Source of the DNA: Eledone cirrhosa
Taxonomy: Eukaryota
Assembly (NCBI GenBank): GCA_964016885.1
Contig: OZ024752.1
Location: 19,840,001 to 19,904,000 of the forward strand
Length of the DNA stretch: 64,000 nt
Direction of reading: 5' to 3'
Part shown: in pieces, positions 57,142-64,000 of the stretch
Position numbering within the stretch: the stretch's first letter is position 1
Layout: each line of letters opens with the position of its first letter
Notes under the pieces: generated by a model
The model's database searches: none
What the model saw: only the letters and a program-made list of their open reading frames with translations
What the model was told of the DNA's origin: nothing
Program-made: the position numbers and the translations under genes

Positions 57142-57207
57142 TATTTTATCTGATGAAAGCGCACTAAAATTTGCCTTGGTTGCCCTTGAAATATATATAA
57201 TAAAATA
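57142..57207 (+). ncRNA. Type I hammerhead-like motif in a diverged paralogue of the 55510-55730 element
   Basis: tattttat-CTGATGA-(weak stem II)-GAAA-tatata-TA-ataaaata; perfect 8-bp stem I. Confidence 0.55.
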
Positions 57208-57336
57208 ATTATGGTTTTATAAATATAGTTTCCATTTATTAATATATTGAATATTTACTACAGTAATCTGTTGACTGCTTCATACCAGTTATAAAATTTT
57301 AAGCTTGTTGAATCCAAACAAATTAAATATAACCTT

Positions 57337-57407
<71 letters not shown>

Positions 57408-57562
57408 ATATATATACATATATACATATACAAATATACATGTATATATATATATATACATATATATTTATACATATGCATGTATAAATATACATGTATA
57501 TATATACACATATATATTTATATATATGCATGTATATACATATATATATACATATACATGTA

Positions 57563-57656
<94 letters not shown>

Positions 57657-57920
57657 TATTTCTTTTATTTGCCACTAGGGCATCAAAAGTGGGACAAGTA
57701 CAAAGGGGGGAGTTTACACAAAAAGGCGTCCTCAATAAGGAGGAGGCAATAACAAAATATAAAAATAAAATAAGATATAACAAAAAATAAAATTTTTAAC
57801 AAAATCCTCAATAGAGAGGAGGCGCCTTGGGGGGTCGCACACACCCCCGAAAAAAGTGTGCAACCCTTCTCCTCAGGAGCACAGAGAAGGGGTGCTCCCT
57901 TGGTCTTTCATCTTCCTCAC

Positions 57921-60900
57921 CTATAGTCTGATGTAGAGTGAAGGCCCATTCACACGGGCCATTCTCGCCACTTTCACCCATCTTTCATAGAAACGGCTGG
58001 GGTGCAGCACCTCTCTCTCCATCCTGATCCTTCTTCCGAAATGATATCGGAAGAAACGGACCAGTTGTTGGCCAGAGAGAAAGGTGCCCGACCTCAGTCC
58101 TTTCAGACGCGTCCACCATACAACCTCTTTCGCCATGGCTATTACGCACAGAAACACCGCCTCTGCTTCATCTTTGAAGGGGGGAGGCGGCTTGATCATT
58201 ACAATAGACTCGGTGGTCAACCGGATCGGTCCCACCCTTGACAGCAGTTGTTCGACATAGCCCCACAGATCGGCTACGCCCGAGCAGTGTACTAATGCGT
58301 GTGCAACAGTTTCCTCGTCGCACACGCATCTGGGACAGATCTTTTTGGCGGGTTCCCTACCCGGGCGCCCGTGTCTGTAGAGCCTTTCTCGAACGGGTAA
58401 AGCCCCTCGGTAGCACTGCCAGGCCAGGGACTTCTGGAAGTTGTCCATAGGTCCCGGGCTGAATGTCCTACCGAACAGGCTGGCCAGTTCGTCCTCCTCC
58501 ATGTCTAGGGCTTTTCCGAGGGCGTCGTCGCACCTGCTGCGTACCAGCCCTCTATAGAATGTTGCGGTGGAGTCTCCACTGATAACCGGATCCGCCTGCC
58601 AGAGGGCGGTGAGCGCCTGGGCACACTCAGTGTGCCAGGCGCCCAGTTTTCTCGGTCTTTGCTTGACCCAGGATTGCAGCTCGGTGAGTGAGACGAGTCT
58701 GGGAAAGGTTCGTCTCACAAACGAGGCCCACACCGGTTGTCCGGTGAGGAATACGTAGAGGTGCCGTAGCCTTAATGCGTGTTTACGCATCATTAGCCAC
58801 GGCATCCCCAGCCCTCCTTTCGAAGGGTGTTGACAGCAGATGGATCTCCTCACCATAGGAGCCCGCCTCTTCCAAAGGAATTGGAAGAGCGCGCGCTCCA
58901 TCTTGGTGAGGGTTTCCCTTGGGCAGGGCACTACGGTCAGTCGGTAGTAGATGACGGACGCTATGTAGGTGTTCGCCACCTCCGCCCGACCTTTCAGGGA
59001 TAGTTTGCAACTGGCCCACTTCTGGGTCAGTGCAAACACCCTGTTCGTAACCTCCGCCCAGTTTTTCTCCACCTGGAGGTCCGGTCCGAACCAGACCCCG
59101 AGCAACTTCACCGGGCCCTCCGTCCAGCGTCCGACGACGCCATCGGAGGGCATCGGTCTGCCCCTCCACGTGCCGAGTTGCAAACCGATCGACTTGTCCC
59201 GGTTCAGCTTAGCCCCTGTGAACTTTTCGTACTCCTCCAGTAAGGTGCCGACCGCCTCGATTTCGGAGGCCGTCGACACCATTACTGTCACGTCATCGGC
59301 GTAGGCCGACACCGCTTTCCGCAATCCCGGTTCCAAAGGGATGCCCTGCAACAACTCCAACTTCCGCAGTAGTGGCTCGAGAGTCAACACATACAGAAGG
59401 GAGGAGAGAGGGCACCCTTGTCGGATGGACCGCGCGATTTTGAACGGCTCCGAGAGGTAGCCGTTCACCTTGACCCTAGAGCAGATGCGGCTGCTGTGCA
59501 TAGCAGTGATCCAGCCCCTGAAAACGGGTCCGAAGCCTGCCGCCGCTAGAACCGCATCCAGGTAACCATGGTCGACCCTATCGAACGCCTTAGATTGATC
59601 CAAGTTGATCAGAGCCCCACCAAAGCCGGGTTCGTTCCCAACCCTCTCTATGATGTATCGCATGAGGTGGAGGTTGTCATGGATGGACCTGGACGGGATA
59701 GCGCATGTCTGCGCATCTCCCACCAGGTTGCCCACGACAAGCGCCAACCTCTTTGCTAGCACCTTGGCCAAAATCTGTAACTCTGTATTTAGCAGTGTTA
59801 TGGGCCTGAAGTTACTTATTTCGTCCCCCTTGTTCTCGTCCTTCCTCACTAGCGTGACTACGCCCTTGGTCACAGTACAGGGAATTCTCCCGTTCTGTTG
59901 CCAGTTGCAGTAAACCGCCTCGAGGAGATCGGGGAACAAGTCCGGCATAGCTAGATATAATTCGTAAGGAAGACCATCGAGACCCGGGGATTTGCGTTTG
60001 CCGCATTGGCTCAGCACGTCCTCTATCTCAGCGGCCGAAATCGGCTCCTCGCAGGACTTCGCCTCCCTGTCCGAGAGGCGCGGCAGGCCGTTGAGGTATG
60101 GACCGAAGTCCACGTTCCCAACCGGCTCCCCGCCCCTCCCGAACAGTCGGGCAAAGTGCCTTTGAAAGGCCTCACACATCTGCTTAGGCTCAAGAATCGC
60201 CCGTCCATCCAGGTCTCGCAAAGACCGGATGGTGGATTTAGTTCCACTGTTGGCCTCTGTCACGCGGGCCCAGCTAACAGCTTTGGTCCCCTCGTTCCCT
60301 AGAGCACGTATTTTACTTCGGACAACGCAGCCTTCGTGCTTCGCGTCGAAAAACTGGCTCAAAGCCGTTCTCGACGCTAGCACTCTGGCCACGTCGCCGC
60401 TTCTAATTGCCTCTTCTACTCTATCTATTAGCTCCCTTTCCTTCCTATTCCTATCCGCAGCTAGAACCTTACTAAATTCTATCGAGACTACTCTAATCTC
60501 TCTCTTTAGAGATACCCACCACCTGCTGTTGACGATCGCTCCAGTCAACCGTTCCTTAACTAACGTACTAATCCGATTCCTGTAGGCTCTACTTGCCGGC
60601 AAGGACAAGTTGAGCTTCCAGTAACCGGGGCCCTGTCTATGAGTTCTGTCAAGGTTGACCATGCAGGTCACTAATTTGTGGTCTGAATAGCCAACAATGC
60701 GCATTTTTGGACAACTTAAAAGGTCCTTATCCTTAATTCTAACTAAGAACCTATCTAGGTACGACCTAGATGATCCGCTACGATTTGCCCAAGGCCAGGT
60801 TGGCGCAGTCGGAAAATCTAGTCGATATCTATCGGCCAGGTCAAATCGACCGATTAACCCTTTGAGGCTATTACACCCCTCTCTATCGGGGCAGGCCCCT

Positions 60901-61358
60901 ACGTAGTCCCAGCGTGCATCTAGGATACCATTCCAGTCTCCCACTAATAGCAAGGAGCGGGACGTCCCTAGAAAAGTCTCCAGACGATGGAAGAAGTCCA
61001 GCCGCATTGACCCGAAAGGGCCGTAGGCGGCTACCAACCTAAACGCTCCGCCTTTACCACTGCCAAGGTCCAGAACCACTAGTCGACCCTCCGGGTCCAA
61101 ATGTACCATCTGTGTTGCGAGACCCAGATGTTTTTGCAGCAGAACGAGAACTCCACCCCCACCTCCGGGCTGACAGAGAGATGCGTGCATCTCAAAGTCA
61201 TCAAAGGTGGGGGCCAGCTGTCGCACGTTGCTGATCCGGGCCTCGCAAATAACCATCACATCTATACGTTGTGACCTGAGGTCATTTAGAAGCATTGCTT
61301 GCTTCCAAGTTGAGCCCAGGCCACGCGCATTTAAACAGCCTACTCTTAGCATAGCCAT
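57921..61358 (-). CDS. Tx1/L1 ORF2 polyprotein: APE endonuclease, reverse transcriptase, C-terminal zinc finger (~1145 aa from ATG at 61358)
   Basis: APE motifs CLNARGL, VGDWN, YLDRF, SDH; RT motifs SPGLDG, FRPITLLN, DQSKAFDRV, RQGCPLS, YADD; CPRC..ETVAHALVHC; no stops or frameshifts. Confidence 0.96.
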   Translation of the reverse strand: MAMLRVGCLNARGLGSTWKQAMLLNDLRSQRIDVMVICEARISNVRQLAPTFDDFEMHASLCQPGGGGGVLVLLQKHLGLATQMVHLDPEGRLVVLDLGSGKGGAFRLVAAYGPFGSMRLDFFHRLETFLGTSRSLLLVGDWNGILDARWDYVGACPDREGCNSLKGLIGRFDLADRYRLDFPTAPTWPWANRSGSSRSYLDRFLVRIKDKDLLSCPKMRIVGYSDHKLVTCMVNLDRTHRQGPGYWKLNLSLPASRAYRNRISTLVKERLTGAIVNSRWWVSLKREIRVVSIEFSKVLAADRNRKERELIDRVEEAIRSGDVARVLASRTALSQFFDAKHEGCVVRSKIRALGNEGTKAVSWARVTEANSGTKSTIRSLRDLDGRAILEPKQMCEAFQRHFARLFGRGGEPVGNVDFGPYLNGLPRLSDREAKSCEEPISAAEIEDVLSQCGKRKSPGLDGLPYELYLAMPDLFPDLLEAVYCNWQQNGRIPCTVTKGVVTLVRKDENKGDEISNFRPITLLNTELQILAKVLAKRLALVVGNLVGDAQTCAIPSRSIHDNLHLMRYIIERVGNEPGFGGALINLDQSKAFDRVDHGYLDAVLAAAGFGPVFRGWITAMHSSRICSRVKVNGYLSEPFKIARSIRQGCPLSSLLYVLTLEPLLRKLELLQGIPLEPGLRKAVSAYADDVTVMVSTASEIEAVGTLLEEYEKFTGAKLNRDKSIGLQLGTWRGRPMPSDGVVGRWTEGPVKLLGVWFGPDLQVEKNWAEVTNRVFALTQKWASCKLSLKGRAEVANTYIASVIYYRLTVVPCPRETLTKMERALFQFLWKRRAPMVRRSICCQHPSKGGLGMPWLMMRKHALRLRHLYVFLTGQPVWASFVRRTFPRLVSLTELQSWVKQRPRKLGAWHTECAQALTALWQADPVISGDSTATFYRGLVRSRCDDALGKALDMEEDELASLFGRTFSPGPMDNFQKSLAWQCYRGALPVRERLYRHGRPGREPAKKICPRCVCDEETVAHALVHCSGVADLWGYVEQLLSRVGPIRLTTESIVMIKPPPPFKDEAEAVFLCVIAMAKEVVWWTRLKGLRSGTFLSGQQLVRFFRYHFGRRIRMEREVLHPSRFYERWVKVARMARVNGPSLYIRL

Positions 61359-61382
61359 GTTGGTGGTGAAGAGAAAAGGCAC

Positions 61383-63125
61383 TTACCTCTCTGCGTCCCG
61401 GGTATCGGGCTGCACAATTTCCATTAGGGTGGGCGATGGGTTGTTGGGTGGGGTGGTGGTTTGTGGAAGTGTGGGGGCATCAGTGTGTTGTGTGGTTGGG
61501 GAGCTTGGAGTTGTGAGGGTGTTTGGGGAGGGGGTGGGATAGTTTTTTAGGAGGACGCGGTTAATGGGCCCGACGCAGGGGGGACCCACGTCCTCTTTAA
61601 AATTGTTTTTTAAAGTTTTATAGGTGTCCTGTGGGGCCTTAATCATTTTGAGGTGGGGGAAATCCCCTGCCTGGGTGAAGTTAGGCCCTTGTGTTTTTAT
61701 TAGATTGTTGTTGTACACAATGTTTAACAGTTTTTTGTTTCTTGTATTTATGTATGTGTATGCATGTTTTTGTTTTTGTGTGGTGTTTTTTGTTTGCTGT
61801 TGTGAGCTCTTTTGTGTTGGTGTCAGTGTTATGTTTTGGGGAGGGGTTTTTTTCATTTGTGTGTCTGAGGTGTGTTTTCTTTTTTTTCTTTTGATTGTGT
61901 GGAAGTGCTCCTCCTCGTCTGACGACGAACTAGGGTCATCTTCCGCGTTGGAGGGGAGGGGTATATTTTCGGGTTGTGTTTGCGGTACGGGTGTTTTGGA
62001 AATTGTTTTTGTTTTTTGAGTGGAGGGGATGGGTTGGACATTGTTTTGTTTTGGTTTGAGCTGTGGTGGTTGTTTTTGTAGTGGTAGTTGTGGTGATTGT
62101 GTTGGTTGTGCAGTTGTTGGTGGTGTAGGCAGGATTGGGGTTTTCTTATTAAGTTGGGGACAGACAGCCCTCAGGTGACCTCTGGTTCCGCAGAGGTAAC
62201 ACGAGGGCCGTCTACCCTCAACGGTAATGTTGATGAAGGTTAGATCATCCAGTATGACGCGTTCAGGGATCTGGGCGATCCTTTCGGGCCTCATTTGAAC
62301 TACAAGTTCGAGGCTCGTTCCACTGAACGCGTCACCCGATGCCTTTCCCATGGACACCAGCATGTCATCCTCCAGGTCCAGAAAACCTGTCAAAACCCAC
62401 CATATGTCCATAATCGGCAGGATGGTGTGGATTTTTATTTTTTGTGTTCTTCTACCCATGTACGTAGGGTAGAAGGTGTATGCGGTGGATGTGATTGGTT
62501 TGATGGACAGTTTCACTGCTGTGTCCCTGTCCTTCATGAGAATGGATAGACTCCCGTAGAGTCTATCCTTCTGAATGAAGGTGATGTCCTTCATGACGTC
62601 TTTTAAAACCAGCTCTATCTCGCTCTGTGATGGTTGAGCTGGTTTTTTACTTTTGTTCGAGATTGTCCTAAACATGACCGTGTTTAGGAGTCTCTGGCTT
62701 TTTAGTTCCGGGGGGGAATGGATTGTGAATGAACCATTTTCCCCGTACACTATATATTTTTTCGCATCCGCCAGTAGCTCCTTCGCTTTTGTTATATCTA
62801 CTGGCAGATAGTCGAGGGTTTTCCTTGTCGTCTCGGCGAAGGAGAAATTTTGTTTGTTTGTGTTGTTGTTGTCGTTGGTGGTGTTGTTATTGTTATTGTT
62901 ATTGGTGTTGTTTTCGTCCGTCGCATTGTTGTTGTTGTTGCTGTTGCTGCTGGTTCTTTGGGTTGTTGCCATGGCAACGTCAAGTTGTCGGTTAACAGGT
63001 GGAGAGAATTCTTCCTCTGGCTGACCTATCTTCTTGACCTCTGCTACTGTGACAGTGGCAGGGGGAAGCTGTAAGTTCATCTTCCCCTTTCCTCCTTCGA
63101 ATTTTGGTGAAGAAGCTTCGGCCAT
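61383..63125 (-). CDS. Tx1/L1 ORF1 nucleic-acid-binding (gag-like) protein, 580 aa
   Basis: Uninterrupted ORF directly upstream of ORF2; CCHC knuckle CYLCGTRGHLRAVC; Asn-rich and Pro/Thr/Gln-rich low-complexity tracts; basic KRKKRKH motif. Confidence 0.88.
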   Translation of the reverse strand: MAEASSPKFEGGKGKMNLQLPPATVTVAEVKKIGQPEEEFSPPVNRQLDVAMATTQRTSSNSNNNNNATDENNTNNNNNNNTTNDNNNTNKQNFSFAETTRKTLDYLPVDITKAKELLADAKKYIVYGENGSFTIHSPPELKSQRLLNTVMFRTISNKSKKPAQPSQSEIELVLKDVMKDITFIQKDRLYGSLSILMKDRDTAVKLSIKPITSTAYTFYPTYMGRRTQKIKIHTILPIMDIWWVLTGFLDLEDDMLVSMGKASGDAFSGTSLELVVQMRPERIAQIPERVILDDLTFINITVEGRRPSCYLCGTRGHLRAVCPQLNKKTPILPTPPTTAQPTQSPQLPLQKQPPQLKPKQNNVQPIPSTQKTKTISKTPVPQTQPENIPLPSNAEDDPSSSSDEEEHFHTIKRKKRKHTSDTQMKKTPPQNITLTPTQKSSQQQTKNTTQKQKHAYTYINTRNKKLLNIVYNNNLIKTQGPNFTQAGDFPHLKMIKAPQDTYKTLKNNFKEDVGPPCVGPINRVLLKNYPTPSPNTLTTPSSPTTQHTDAPTLPQTTTPPNNPSPTLMEIVQPDTRDAER

Positions 63126-63337
63126 TTAAAAAAATATTGACTTTTCAACAAGAAAAAACTTTTTTTTTTAACTATTTCGCCTAAAGGCGTAGAATATTTT
63201 GAGAGACTGACCAGATCAAAGTTTGACCTGGCAGTCCCTCTACAAAATGGTACAAAAATTAAAGTTATCAGACAAGAATTTCTATAGAAATTTAAACAGA
63301 ACTTACTCAGCAAGTTATACGCGTGTGTCCATCCCAG

Positions 63338-63369
<32 letters not shown>

Positions 63370-63370
<1 letters not shown>

Positions 63371-63952
63371 TATTTCTTTTATTTGCCACTAGGGCATCAA
63401 AAGTGGGACAAGTACAAAGGGGGGAGTTTACACAAAAAGGCGTCCTCAATAAGGAGAAGGCAATAACAAAATATAAAAATAAAATAAGATATAACAAAAA
63501 ATAAAATTTTTAACAAAATCCTCAATAGAGAGGAGGCGCCTTGGGGGGTCGCACACACCCCCGAAAAAAGTGTGCAACCCTTCTCCTCAGGAGCACAGAG
63601 AAGGGGTGCTCCCTTGGTCTTTCATCTTCCTCACCTATAGTCTGATGTAGAGTGAAGGCCCATTCACACGGGCCATTCTCGCCACTTTCACCCATCTTTC
63701 ATAGAAACGGCTGGGGTGCAGCACCTCTCTCTCCATCCTGATCCTTCTTCCGAAATGATATCGGAAGAAACGGACCAGTTGTTGGCCAGAGAGAAAGGTG
63801 CCCGACCTCAGTCCTTTCAGACGCGTCCACCATACAACCTCTTTCGCCATGGCTATTACGCACAGAAACACCGCCTCTGCTTCATCTTTGAAGGGGGGAG
63901 GCGGCTTGATCATTACAATAGACTCGGTGGTCAACCGGATCGGTCCCACCCT
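63370..63952 (-). mobile_element. 5'-truncated, near-identical copy of the Tx1 LINE (last ~105 codons + 3'UTR)
   Basis: Matches ~57655-58238 almost exactly (one substitution noticed, near 63457); (GATA)n on both sides. Confidence 0.96.
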
Positions 63953-64000
63953 AGATAGATAGATAGATAGATAAATATACACGGGTGTGTATGATTGTGT

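Larger units (their letters stand above)
57655..63337 (-). mobile_element. Full-length, apparently intact L1/Tx1-clade non-LTR retrotransposon
   Basis: 5'UTR (~210 nt), ORF1, ORF2, ~265-nt 3'UTR with AATAAA; (GATA)n on both flanks. Confidence 0.95.

Noticed and set aside
61359-61382. GTG start for ORF2 given by the ORF track
   Set aside because: Eukaryotic element; the first ATG at 61358 directly precedes the APE domain start.
58000-63074. Plus-strand and alternative-frame ORFs overlapping the LINE
   Set aside because: Shadow ORFs of GC-rich coding sequence with no recognisable motifs.

Overview
Repeat-dominated eukaryotic (animal) genomic DNA with no recognisable host protein-coding gene. 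The dense (CA)n/(TA)n/(GATA)n microsatellites and the tRNA-derived SINE family suggest a cephalopod such as Octopus (inference). The main coding feature is an apparently intact, full-length L1/Tx1-clade non-LTR retrotransposon on the minus strand (~57655-63337): ORF1 has a CCHC zinc knuckle, and ORF2 has APE endonuclease, RT and a C-terminal zinc finger. Two 5'-truncated copies of the same family are also present, and all three are bordered by (GATA/GACA)n on both sides, suggesting a microsatellite-specific retrotransposon. Other content: RTE LINE fragments, tRNA-derived SINEs, Helitron-like non-autonomous elements, an internally deleted mariner, a degenerate LTR-type element with a fold-back end, and several short fold-back elements, some with minimal hammerhead ribozyme motifs (Penelope-like). 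There is also a 28-bp minisatellite that grew inside a SINE A-box, a 12.6-kb 25-bp satellite with higher-order duplication, and a 200-N assembly gap. Nearly all other ORFs in the track are simple-repeat artefacts. Many element boundaries are approximate.
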